DNA of 64,000 nt from assembly GCA_002269645.1 (NCBI GenBank), contig NIVC01000887.1:124001-188000 (forward strand), read 5' to 3'. Below, one piece after another: positions 12,186-25,097 of this stretch. How positions within the stretch are numbered: position 1 is the stretch's first letter; each line of letters opens with the position of its first letter. A program made the position numbers and the translations under genes. The notes under the pieces were generated by a model. It was not told the origin of the DNA, searched no databases, and saw nothing but the letters and a program-made list of their open reading frames with translations. The DNA comes from Macrostomum lignano. Lineage: Eukaryota.

Positions 12186-13762
12186 ACATGAAGAAGAAGC
12201 GAAGCAGAAGCAGAACTCCGGAAAGCACTCAGAAGTCATCTGTGCATAGCAATGACGCAAAGACAAAAAACTAGCGAATAAGCACAGTCAAAGCCTTCAA
12301 TCCCAGCAAGGAAAATAAAGTATAAATCTAGCCAATACACTCTGCAGGGGTAAGTATAGGCCAGAAAAATTAACCTGCAGATTTTCTTGTAGTGAAAAAA
12401 GAGAACCGAACAGAAAGCATTTATCAGTGCCACTCCGCTGCCCTGTACTTAGCCAGCTACCTGTTTAGTCTCTACGGAACTCGTTAATTACAGGGATTAG
12501 GCAGGAGTAAAGCGAAGTGTGGGAGGTGGAGAAAGCTAGGAGGGAGGGAGGGGGCTGGGCTAATCTTGCCTCCGCAATTTTCTTTCTTTACATCCCAACT
12601 CGCCTTCTTTCATCATCTGGAACCGAGCCGCACAGATGGGGCCGCGTAAACACGCGAGCATTGTGCATTGGCGTTAAGTAGAGACGCGCACACCTTGAGG
12701 ATAACTGGGCTGCTGGGATGAGGATTAGCAGGGATGAAATCGGTGCGTGACAGCCCGAGGAGCTGGGGGGGTTGAGAAGACAGCTAGGCTAGCAGAAGCA
12801 GAAACTAGGCAAATTGTAGCGCCTGTCCTTCTCACTCATTATATATGGAGAGAAATCGAAGCTGCAGAGCTGCAGCAGGGGGGGGGGAGGAAGTCTCCCC
12901 CGCTGCAGTTGAGGAAAGTCCCAGAGCCGCCTGATTATAAAGAAAAGATCCTTTTAATCCTTATCCCCCCAACAGCGGTGACTTCTTATTCTCCCTTTTT
13001 TCTCTAAAAAACCATCTGCTGCATCTGCATGTGCTGGATAAGATGGACACAGTGGGGAGAGCAGCACAGCAGATGGGAACGGAGAGGCGGATTTGGGCAA
13101 GCCAGTAGAGCAGAAAAATTGCCAGCCATCCCCGTCCGGCAGCAGCAGCGGCAGCCTCCCAGGCCTGTGCAATCCTATAATTCACTCTTAAATTACCGTC
13201 TGCATCGAACTGTCCCATTTTGTCCCAACGGCCGGTTCTTCTCACTCCATCTATCTTCTCTTTCATCGTCTGATATCTGTTATATGGCCGCCTGCTTTCT
13301 TATGGCATAGTGTTGATCCTATAGTCTTGCACACAGTGCAGAGCAGGGATGAGTATGCGCTCATTCCCCTAGTATTATTTTGTGCTCAGACTGGCCAATG
13401 CTCCTTACGAGATTCAATTAGCAACCCGTTCCCCCGCCTCCCCTACCTATAGGTGAGCTCCCTTGCCTGTCTCCAGATCCCCAAAGACTACATTTCCCCT
13501 TCCATTGGCAAGATGTATAACTCAATTTCTGGACTCAGACAGGCCGCCTCAGCTGAGTAAGGAAAGCGGCTTGACACGCCATCGCCTCTTATCCAGTTTA
13601 GCTCCTAGCAGTATATTCAACTAGCTATTCATGTTCAATGAACTGCAGATAGTTTATAGCGATATAGCCGCCACTAATACCAACGCTAAAAATATTCATT
13701 ATTTAGTAATCATACGAATTACAAGCGGCACAAACTCGAACATTCAAAGAACCTAAATGAAC

Positions 13763-15045
13763 TCGAATCTATGAGAACCCGAATCTATCAGAAACGAATC
13801 TATGAGAACCCGAATCTATCAGAAACGAATCTACGAGAACCCGAATCTATCAGAAACGAATCTATGAGAACCCGAATCTATCAGAAACGAATCTATGAGA
13901 ACCCGAATCTATCAGAAACGAATCTATGAGAACCTGAATAAATCAGAACCGAATCTATGAGAACCCGAATAAATCAGAACCGAATCTATGAGAACCCGAA
14001 TAAATCAGAACCGAATCTATGAGAACCCGAATAAATCAGAACCGAATCTATGAGAACCCGAATCTATCAGAAACGAATCTATGAGAACCCGAATCTATGA
14101 GAACCCAAATCAATCAGAAACGAATCTATGAGAACCCGAATCTATGAGAACCCAAATCAATCAGAAACGAATCTATCAGAACCCGAATCTATCAGAAACG
14201 AATCTATGAGAACCCGAATAAATCAGAATCGAATCTATGAGAACCCGAATCTATCAGAAACGAATCTATCAGAACCCGAATCTATCAGAATCGAATCTAT
14301 CAGAACCCGAATCTATCAGAAACGAATCTATGAGAACCCGAATCTATCAGAAACGAATCTATCAGAACCCGAATCTATCAGAAACGAATCTATGAGAACC
14401 CGAATAAATCAGAATCGAATCTATGAGAACCCAAATCAATCAGAAACGAATCTATCAGAACCCGAATCTATCAGAAACGAATCTATGAGAACCCAAATCA
14501 ATCAGAAACGAATCTATCAGAACCCGAATCTATCAGAAACGAATCTATGAGAACCCAAATCAATCAGAAACGAATCTATCAGAACCCGAATCTATCAGAA
14601 ACGAATCTATGAGAACCCAAATCAATCAGAAACGAATCTATGAGAACCCGAATCTATCAGAAACGAATCTATCAGAACCCGAATCTATCAGAAACGAATC
14701 TATGAGAACCCAAATCAATCAGAAACGAATCTATCAGAACCCGAATTTATCAGAAACGAATCTATGAGAACCCGAATAAATCAGAATCGAATCTATCAGA
14801 ACCCGAATCTATCAGAAACGAATCTATGAGAACCCGAATCTATGAGAACCAAAATCAATCAGAAACGAATCTATGAGAACCCGAATCTATGAGAACCCGA
14901 ATCTATGAGAACCCAAATCAATCAGAAACGAATCTATCAGAACCCGAATCTATCAGAAACGAATCTATGAGAACCCAAATCAATCAGAAACGAATCTATC
15001 AGAACCCGAATCTATCAGAAACGAATCTATGAGAAAACGAATCAA
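13763..15045. repeat. 15/16-bp alternating minisatellite in B55 intron 1
   Basis: Alternating gaatctatgagaaccc / gaatctatcagaaac units with aaatcaatc and gaataaatc variants. Confidence 0.96.
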
Positions 15046-15159
15046 TGAGAACTGCAGTATCTACCCAAAATCTCCAAAAAGCAGAATAAGACACATGCTT
15101 CTTCTGCTGAAGAAAAGCAGAATATAGGCAAATAAAGCTTTGATTATCCCAAAACTCAC

Positions 15160-16126
15160 CCTTCAACTGAAGATAGTCCCGGCTGAGTATGTAGCGACCG
15201 GAATGGGAGAATTTTATATCGCTAACAGATGAAATGATCTCGGAGAAAAACGACCGGCTAGAGGGATCGTCGGCCTCCTCGAAGATGCCAACGTGCTGGT
15301 CGCACAGGGCCCGCTGGCGCATGTCGCACATGCGGATTGAGCCTTTGCTGCTGGAGTACAGGAACAGATGACAATGGCTGGGATGGAACTCGGCAGCTGT
15401 GATCACCTCGGTGAGGTCCTCCATATTGTTGGGCTTGATGTCCACAATATTGTAACTCTGATCCGTGATGCCCAGGTGCCACAGGTTCACACGCAAGTCG
15501 TCGGCGCTAAGGAATGTCTCCTGGTCGCTATTAACAGAAATCGAATTGATATGGTAGGTGTGCGCGTTGGCGAATATTCTGCGAGGCGCGGCTTCGACTA
15601 TCAGCTCGGCGGGAACGTAGCGGGGCAGGCGCAGGGCTTGCGCGTTGGCATTGGGATCGGATTCCACAGCTTCCAGGGCCCGGTCCTTCTCGCTGACGCG
15701 CCACAGCTTTACGGTCTTATCGTTAGTTGATAGCAGAAAATTGGCCCGATAATGGCCGGGTAACCAGCGGATTTTATTAATTTTCTCCTCAATCTCCAGC
15801 GATTTCAGGTAGTCGAACTCCGGCTCGTGGCTAGTGAAAGTCGAATAGACATTGTACAGGCCGCTGTCCGACCGCTGGAACACCACCACCCGGCCGCCTT
15901 TGTCCCCGGTGGCCAATAGCTCGCCAGTGTGGTTGAACTCAACGCAGGAGATTATATCCTGCTCGTTGACCGCCTCCCAGGCTGTGCCTTTCACCTGGGA
16001 GAACTGCCAGCGCAGCGTCCGCTCGGCGGTGCCGGCCGCTGCCGCCGCCCTTTGCTGACCTGCGGACGAAGAATTTGACGAAGATGAACGATGGCGCCTC
16101 TTACTGTGCCGGTTAAACGGCCACAT
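15160..16126 (-). CDS. PPP2R2: PP2A regulatory subunit B55, exon 1 (ATG at 16126 assumed); full CDS 1419 nt, 472 aa
   Basis: [79 protein letters not shown]; donor AAG G|gtgag at 15160/15159. The frame is open a further 35 codons upstream, so the true start is uncertain. Confidence 0.95.
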
Positions 16127-19100
16127 CTGACGGCTGCCCAGTTGGATAGGGGGGCCTGACGACGGGTCATTTACTGCGCTGGAGCCGCGTCTAAGGAACT
16201 GCAGCCTTGACCGCGCATTGTCAAACTGCACCGCAAAGCTGGCAATTTGTTGCTATTGTGCTTCCACTTTCTATTTTGTTTTAATAAAGCGCCAGGGAAG
16301 CCCCGAGGAGCGCCGATTTATAGGCGGCTAAGTTGAGAGACGGACAGAGAAATATAAGGCGGCGGAGGTGGTGGGCAAAAGGAGGGAGGCGGTCGGGCGG
16401 GCGGACGACGCAGTTTTGAAGACTTCCTAAATTAACACTGGTGTCATGTGTGTGCAGCATACGTATTTCAGTGTCTAGCATGGCCTACAAGCAGTCGGCA
16501 ACTCTCTGCAGCTTGACGCACCCCAAACCCCACCCAACGTCTGTGTCTCTCTTTCCTGTGAACCCCTCGGCGACTCTGGTTGGCTCCGGCTTTGCATAGA
16601 CCGACGACAACACCCGATCCTCCTAGCGCTGCACTACCCTCCCTCAACCCCCGATCCATGCCGGGGGAGTGGTGAGAGGACTGTCTCCCCCCCTTCCGCT
16701 CACTGTCACTCAGTGACTTCTGTTCCGCCTTTGCTATTCAACTTTTTTATTGAAGCCATTATACGAGCTGGCGTTAAAAAAATATAGCGGGGGGGGGGTA
16801 ACGGGCGCGAGGGTAGAGAGACGAGGAAAATGGCGAAGAAAGGGAATAAGGGGGGATAGGGAAGGCCGTGCTAGATATTCGGCGACAGAATACATGCAGC
16901 AGCAACAGCGAGGGGGGCACAGTGGGTGGCCAGTCACTCAACAGCCGGCTGCACTCCCCCCCAGCCAGCACTTGGGCATAAAAACAGGGGCCTTTACTCC
17001 TTAGCCAATGGCAAATCGTGTGTCTAGAGCAAGAGGTTAAGCCAGGCCCTTAACTAGCAGTCAAAGGGGGGAGAGAAACATGCATGCAGGGTTTGTTTTC
17101 TTAGTTAAAGACCTAATTGTTGTCAGTTCACAGCTACTATAGGGAGGGAAAGCTATAGGAATTGAGTGAAAAATTCAATGGCTGAGCGCTACTTGCAACA
17201 GGCCCTGCCAAGAAAATGTCTGACAGCATGTTATAATATTCACTACATCTGACATACACAACAAGCAAATTAAAAACCAAATTTTAAGCCAGTTAACCTA
17301 CTAACAAATATTTTAGAATTCACTTTTTAAAACAGTAAACCCTTGCTATTAAAAACAATCACAAAAAATGTTGCCCAGATAAAAGATGTTAAACAGCAGT
17401 TATTACTTAAAAAACATAGCTTAATGTATAATAAACTTAATGATCCATAAATTTTGGACAAATGTTAAACCTAGCAGACATAACAATGAATAAAAAGGGA
17501 CACAAAAGGATACACACTTTTGAATGAATTACATAGGAAATTCTGATTCTTATTTCAACCAATGATATACAAGCCGTATATGTGTGAAATGGAAACAACA
17601 AAATTAAAAAATGTATCTTTTGCCTTTCTAAATTTAAACTTGGAAGTTCAGTATCTGCAGCAGCTAGGCTGGAAGATATTGTCATATCCAGTTTATAGCC
17701 TAAGATGTTTCTTTTGCAATTATCTTTTATTTTTCTAACCAAATTTTGGTCAAAAAATCCCCAGAAGTACAACTTAAATATGGGATCATAGGATTTTAAT
17801 CCAAAAATGACCAATTTTATAGATCTAATTCAGAATGGCCTATAATTTATTAGAAGGCTATTGTTATAGCTAGGGGTGACTATTTTGTTGAGTAAATATA
17901 ATTGCTTTTCTTTTTAACTTGTCATATTTTATAAAATTATAAAAAACTTCTCAATGACCAAAAATTTAGATATCTTTTTAATTATATACATATAAAAAGT
18001 TGGATAATACTAGAACTTTTAGGATTAAATATGATAAATATCATAATCAGGATTCAACTGAAGCTTTATATTGATATTGTAATAAGTAACTATCATCAAT
18101 TGTAATAGGCTTCATTTGGTATATAACTTTATTATGATTTCAAAGCTCCACCATTTTTTATACTGTAAAAAAATTATAAATGTGTTGTATCTTTTTTAGA
18201 CATTCTTTTTCTTCTAAATAATAAAGAAACTTTTAGTATAAATAAGAGCTATCTAAAAGCCAACTCAAATTAATTGTTCAATTGTTCCCTTATTCCTAAG
18301 CTTAAATTGTGCTTTAATATTGATTGAGTACCTCTCTAGTTATTCTATTTGGAGATAAAATCAACCAGCCTTAGGGCTAGTACTTGCTCTTATGTTACTT
18401 ATTTTGAGTACTAGATAACAACTAGAAACAGCCAAGATACTCTATTTTTAGAGACTTCTAGATTTAGTATCTAGGACAAAGAAATTGCCTTATAAGGCAG
18501 AACTCCTATCAAAGTGTAAGCATATCTAGACCAGGATCTGAGACTTTGCCTTAGGGCAAAAAACCTACCTAGAGTGTAAGAGTGACTCTTTGATCCCAGT
18601 AAATGCCCAGACTGAGAGAAAAACCCCCAATAAAAGAGAGCTAAGATATAAGATAAGATATAAATACAAGTATTATAAGACTACTCAGGCTTATAGTATG
18701 TAATATGGTACTGATTTGGAAACAAATATATATGATACACTACTAGTAAAAAGTATAATACCAAAAATACATCAAGATATTACATAAGAATAAAACTGTT
18801 ACAACTTAATGGCAACTTGGTAAGATTTTGAAAGGAGAACCAAGAGCCCTGTGACAGCCTAATGGCTTACTAGTAGGATTAAGATATAGAAGTTTATACC
18901 CCCATAACACAATGTTCCCCAATTGGAGAAGCAACAAAAAAATGAAATAAAATTTTTAAATAGCCTTATAACCTTATATAGCTTTATAGCCTTTATCTTT
19001 TAGCCTTGATTTCCTAACAATTCTTATGCCAACCTTAACATCTTGGAAATTTTTCTCTAAAAGCCTAACCTAAGCCTTGATATCTCAGTGATTCTTACAT

Positions 19101-19153
19101 TAGCACTGACATCTCAGATTGATAACTACTATTGGTTAGAAAACATGCTTGGG

Positions 19154-19307
19154 TGCAACCTAGGGATTCACCTGGCCATTTCTAATGGCAACACACACAT
19201 GTAAGTCGCTATTGGACAGAATAGTAGTTACATGATTGCTCTCAGCCAATAGCGACTTTAATGTGTGTGTTGCCATTAGAAATGGCTGGGTGATTCCCAA
19301 GGTTGCG
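19154..19307. mobile_element. Short palindromic MITE-like element (~65-bp arms)
   Basis: gcaacc..ggccatttctaatggcaacacacacat..gtcgctattgg is mirrored by ccaatagcgac..atgtgtgtgttgccattagaaatggc..ggttgc. Confidence 0.6.
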
Positions 19308-20099
19308 CATGTATGTTAGAAAATATAAACAATATTCACTTATTCTTCTAATTTTTATTCTAATAAATATGCATTTAATGACCTTGACATTATTTGTACA
19401 AATACTATCGAACTTCAAGACTTTTGATATGTTTTTAGGCTCATTATGCAACAATAGATACTTGTGATACATATTAGCTTTGCATTATACAATGCAATAT
19501 ATACTTTTATCACATATTTGCATATATGAAACTGCTAGAATACATTCATATAAAGAATAGTATATATTATGACATATGTCAAGACTTGAAATGACTATTA
19601 AAAATTTTGACTACTAAGAACATACTTCTTACTCATTTTAACTAAGACAAAAACAAAAGCTAAATGATATATAGCATTTTGAATATATTATTATTTGTTT
19701 AAAAAATGTAAACTAATAAAACAATATTTTGGCTTAATATAAATTGCAAGACAAATTTATATACTTTTCGAAGAGGATTTTTTGCTAGAAAACATTTTTT
19801 AAAGTCAGTACCTAAAACATATTTATAACTCAAGAAATTGAAAATTTGTTTAAAATACAAGCTGTTGAAACCCGTGGATTTTGAACCCGAGGAATTCCAA
19901 TACCCGGAACTACTTTTGCATGTATTCTGAAATCTAAGGCCATACACAAACAAAAAATTGTAAATAGTTAGTAGGATAGAGGTAGACATAAAATGGAACA
20001 CATTTGTGTAAAATTAGGGTTTGAGACATTGTTGGCTGGGGTATTGCGCAGAATGTCAAGCAATGTCTGTCTGACTCTAAAAGATATATTGCTAAACTC

Positions 20100-20491
20100 T
20101 GGTCTCTCCCTGACTCTCCCTACATCCCTTGGATCTTTTAAAATTTCTATTGTCTCTTTGTTTCCTCTCATCTCTCTCGTCCCTCGTCTCTCCTCTCTCC
20201 CCTCTTCTCTCATATCTTCCCTCATCTCTCTTCTCTTTCATCTCTCTTATCTCATCTCTTGTCTCTTATTTTCTCTCTCTTCTCCTCTCTCCTCTCACCC
20301 CCTCTTCTCTCTTATCTTCCTTCTCCTTTCTATTCTTTTCTCTCTTCTCTTAACTCTCTCCTCTACTCTCTCATCTTTCCCCTCTTCTCTCGTCTCTTCC
20401 CTCACCTCTTTTCTCTCTCGTCTTTGCTCTCTCATCTTTCCTTTCTTTTCTTTTATCTTTTCTCTCTTATCTCTTCTCATTTCTCTCTGCT

Positions 20492-20565
<74 letters not shown>

Positions 20566-21240
20566 CTCTGTTATCTCTCCTCTTCTCTCTACTCTCTCCC
20601 CTCTCCATTCTCCTCTTTCCTCTCCTCTCTCCTCACTCACTTCTCTACCTTTGTCTCTCCTCTCTCCTCTTGTCTCTGTAACCTCTCCTCTGTTCTCTCT
20701 ACTCTCCCATCTTTTATCTGTTCACTCTCGTCTCTGCTCTCTCATCTTTTATCTGTTCACTCTCGTATCTGCTCTCTCATCCTCCTCTTTAATCTGGCAT
20801 CTCTGTCTTATATGTTCTCTCACCTCTCTCCTCTGTACTCTTTTCTTTCCCCTCTTTTGACTCCTCACTCTCCTTTCTTCTTTTCTCTTTTCTTCCCTTT
20901 TCTATACTCTGTCTCCCTCTCTTCTCTCCATTATCTCTCATCTCTCCTTCCACCTCTCTCATCTCTACAACCTTAGAGATGTAGAGATGTATCTTTATCT
21001 CTTCTCTCTTCCCTTTACTCTCTCATCTCTTCTTTCACCTGTTTCCTCTCTGCTCTCCTCTCTGCTGTCTCCTCTGTCCTCTCATCTGCAGCTCTCTGCT
21101 CTCTCATCTCTACTCTCTCCTCTCGCTTTTCCTCTCTCCCCTGTTCACCCCCTCTCTCATCGTCCTCACCCCCTCATCTCTCCTATTATCTTTTATCTTT
21201 TCTTTTATCCCCTCTGTCGCCTCTCCTCTCTTTGAATCGT
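20100..21240. repeat. CT-rich low-complexity block with a (CT)n tract
   Basis: Polypyrimidine; pure (CT)n at about 20495-20560. Confidence 0.95.
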
Positions 21241-21974
21241 CTATTCCTTCTTCTTTCCACTTTCATCTGCCCCTCAGCCAAGAGCTGGATTCTTTATCTG
21301 GCCTTTGAGGTAAAAGTCTGCCCATCCCTGCTTGGAAAGCCAGTCTGTGGGACATAGTACTCTCATGGTTGTTCTCATGCTTTGATCACATCATCTTTCT
21401 TGCCAATTTGCAGTCCTGAAAGGAATTTGTGTATCTTCAGCTCCACTGCAGTCTGCATCAGTCTAACAACCAAGGAAATACGCATTTCTTAGGAGGCCAT
21501 TTAATATTTATACAGTACCTTTAAAAGAACCCTAAAATTTCCATGGTGTGCCTAATTTAGTAGGGTTGTATTGCATTGCATCGCATCGCCTTTTCATAAA
21601 TCTTTCGCTTTTACAAACCATGCTGGACAGTAGATTCCCTCGATTTGCCAATTGCCAATTGCCATCCACTGTTAAACTGCTGCAGAGTTTGCCAATACAG
21701 AGGGGAGGGCAGTGGTTAGAATTTCTCCCTAAACTGTTATGGCTAAACATAGCCTCTCCACTCTCGGGGGGCAGAGAAGGCTATAAATAAAGTTATTCCA
21801 AAACACTGTACATTTGCTATGTACATTCAGCCCTATTGCCTGACCCTTTGTCTGGCTCTGGGGGAATGAGTGAGTGAGTGGCACAAACAGAAAAAGCAGA
21901 CAAACTTCACATGCTTACAGTTTCTATCCTGATTGAGATACAGAGTTGAGACTTTACATTTAGACAGAGAATGA

Positions 21975-22615
21975 GTCAATGAAGAATTGTGTCAAGTTTG
22001 AAGTTAATCGCTTCACATGGAGCAAACTTATGGCAGTTGAAAGTCAGTCAATTTTGAAACCCTTTTTCACATCTGGGCCCAGATTGGTATTGGGGAAGAG
22101 GCAGGCGGGCAGAGGTTGGGGTGGTTGCTACGCTGAAAAAAAACAGCCTAACTTTAAAAGTGCACAGCACTGCTCAGGATTAACTTTGAGACTTGAAATT
22201 TTACATGATTGTGCCAAAATAGTTTAAGATTTTGCATCTTTTGGCGAAAACGCGATCAAAATTGGTGAAGAATTGCAATCTCTAGAGTGTTATGGACAAG
22301 CAAACATACAAACCTTGGAGATTTAGTATATTAGATTATCTGTGTCAAATTTCAAGAGAATCGGTAGAAGTGGAGCGACGCTATGGAGGATTAAATGAAA
22401 AAAATGCTCATTTTGAGCAGTTTTTTGTACTTTTAGGTGGGAAGACTCAAATTTAGGAAATTTTAAGGTAGCCTATGACACTTTCTGTAGTGAATTTAGG
22501 GTGGGTGCAAAATTTGGTGTAATTTGGTTGAGCGGTTTGGGAGTCTATAGCAAAGTAATTTGTCTACAGACACACACATAGACACACAGAGTTTTGATTT
22601 TTATATGTAGAGATT
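21975..22615 (+). mobile_element. Helitron2/Helentron-like non-autonomous element (DINE/HINE-type) relic
   Basis: Repeated aaatttggt/aagtttgaa modules, ttggttgagcggttt, a short cagacacacac microsatellite and a ttttatatgtagat-type end, a layout typical of invertebrate HINEs; no coding evidence. Confidence 0.45.
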
Positions 22616-23389
22616 AACTACAACCATAAGCATTAATTCTTCAAAGTTTAAATTATAAATCAATAGCAAACAAATTGATATTATTTATAAGACATTTGGT
22701 TAGGGAAATCAATAAGTTTAATAGAATTAAAGAAATTGAAAAGAAATAAGAAATTGGAATAGAAATAGTAAAAAATCAATCATTCTAAATAGGCCAAATG
22801 CTAACTTTTTAAAGATATTATTTCCTTTTAATTAATCTTGTTTAATATTACAGAATATTTTATATATTTTAAATTTATTACTAATAAAGGCAAAGCCTTC
22901 TATCTAATATGATAAAATCTATTTAAAAATATAAATTTTTAATCAAAATGAGAATGCTTGATTGAAAACTTAACTCATTATGTTTGCAAAATGAAAGAAT
23001 TTATATTTTTCATGTTTGAAAATTATAAAAAAACAAAGAAACTACTCCATACTCAGAATGGGAAATAACAAAACCTAGAAGCCAATCCAATAAAAACTTA
23101 GTCTTCAAAAAGCATTGTAGGTTAAACTTTGTAGTTAGTCACTTTACAATTATAGTTAAAACTTCTCCTAAGCTCCTAAGTTTTATTATTTCTTTTTTAA
23201 GGATTGAGTTATCCTTGAAAAACACAGTTTTAATAACTTATATCATTTAAATAAAGAACTTAGAATGTTTTACTTTATTCATTTTAAAGTAAAACTAAAA
23301 TGATATTAATATATTTTTATTCATATAGTATATAGTTAAAATTCGTAAATGTAAAGATGATATGCCAATTATAGAAGCACAAAAAATGC

Positions 23390-23975
23390 CCGCAAACGAA
23401 TTGCCTGGATTTGCCCACTAAGCTTTTCCCACCAAGATTTACCTACAATGCATTTTGCCCATGGAAATTTGCCTACCAAAAATAGCTTATTGAGATTTGC
23501 CTATGAGCAAATTGCCTGTGAAGATTAGCTAGCTAAGTTTTTTCACACTGAGGTTAACCCATAATGCTTTTTTCTTGTATCGCATTTAGCCACATATCAG
23601 ATTTTGTCTGCATTGCTTCCTTAATACATAGTAAATCTTAATAGATTTATTTAATCAAAATGTTTTAATAGTAACTGTATATCAAAAGTATATTTTTAGA
23701 ATGTGAGAGGGGCAATACAGACAGAATCTAACTACCAAATGCAATGCCGGAAAAAGTATTGCAGGAAAACCTTGGTAGGCAAAATTCTTGCATGCAAATT
23801 GCATTGCAGGCAAATCTCAGTGGGCAATTTTTGGTGGGCAAATCTCTTTGGGCAGTTTGCTAATGGGCAAAATGCACTGTAGGCAAATCTTGCAAGAAAA
23901 GCTTAGCGGGCAAATCTCGATGGGCAAATCTCTAGTGGCAAATCTTGGCAGGCAATTCATTTGCAATCAATTATC
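23390..23975. mobile_element. Foldback/MITE with tandem inverted subterminal repeats
   Basis: Left arrays of atttgccc/ttgcct face right arrays of gggcaaat/aggcaaat; gcaaacgaattgcc vs ggcaattcatttgc. Confidence 0.6.
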
Positions 23976-24119
23976 ATAGACTTGCCAATTATAGATAATA
24001 TCTAAGTTCTAACCTAGATACTATACTATACTTGGAATAAACAATAAAAACAAGATTTTATTAACAATATTAGATTTATATACTATGCTAAACTTTAAGA
24101 TTTACCTAGTTAGTATCTA

Positions 24120-24935
24120 TGAGGGGTGTTTCAAAAGTAACAAGAATTTTATAACTTTTGATTGGATGAACATATGAACCTGAAATTTTCACCCAACAAT
24201 GTTACACATATGAACAACTAATAGCTTTATTTTAAGCATTATATAGCTGCACGCAACTGTGTAATTGTAAGTGAAAGATCATGCCTCAAAAATTTAAATT
24301 ATACTTTTTGTCTATGGCAAAAGTAACCAAGTTTGAATGTGTTCATCAAGTAAAAAATCTGGTACAATTTTTCATTTTTTCTGTGATTTCAGCAAGCTCT
24401 ATAAAGTTGCCATTCATCTAGATACCTTTCTTGCAGCAATGTACCAGTTTGTTAACTTTCTCCTCCCAAAAACTTGATGACAATTTTGGACCTTCAGAAA
24501 AAGATCTTAGTTAGAAAAAAATGGAGCCATTTTTATAGAATATTCTGTGGCCATTTCAGTCAGAAATTGTGACTTTAACCAGCAATGCTATGCCGCTCAA
24601 AACTACAAGATTATTCCCAGGCAACTTTGTCCATAGAAAGCAGAAAGAGTAGGCTCTTATGAGATGTAGCCAAATTTAGTAGCAGAAGTTTAAAAGCCTT
24701 CAAATTTTAAACTTTTTTGAGTCTTTTTTGCCATGCCATGGACAAAAATTGTAATTTTCAATTTTGAGGCATAGACTTTTATTTACAATTACACAGTTGC
24801 ATGCAGTTAAATAAGGCTTAAATAAAGCTATTAGTTGTTCATACGTATAAAATTTTTTGATAACAATTTCAGGTTCATATGTTCATCCAATCAAAAGTTA
24901 TAACAAAATTCTCATTACTTTTGAAATACCCCTTG
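24120..24935. mobile_element. Mariner-type non-autonomous element with ~200-bp TIRs and TA flanks
   Basis: TA|tgaggggtgtttcaaaagtaa..ttgattggatgaacatatgaacctgaaat..aatagctttattt vs aaataaagctatt..atttcaggttcatatgttcatccaatcaa..ttacttttgaaatacccctTG|TA. Confidence 0.85.
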
Positions 24936-25097
24936 TATTATATTCAACTTTTAGATTTAAAGCAAAGGCTAAGAAACATTGAAATGAATTAAAACAAAAC
25001 TATATTATACAGTATAAATTTATATAAAGCAAAAATAATACCCTAAGGCCTAGGCTATATAAATATATTTATGTAATATTTATATAATATTTAATTT

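Noticed and set aside
11449-12274. E/R/G-rich ORFs ending in an RS-like [12 protein letters not shown]
   Set aside because: Polypurine repeat inside a B55 intron; no start context or splice support, and the RS-like tail is too short to support a gene.
14128-14550. Repetitive ORF (NLSEPES...)
   Set aside because: Stop-free phase of the 15/16-bp intronic satellite.
14999-15159. 3' extension of the B55 ORF in the track (EFWDNQSF...)
   Set aside because: Read-through into intron 1; homology resumes in the exon at 11412-11277.
19993-21235. Leu/Ser-rich 'membrane protein' ORFs (also 46532-48205)
   Set aside because: Translations of CT-rich low-complexity DNA.
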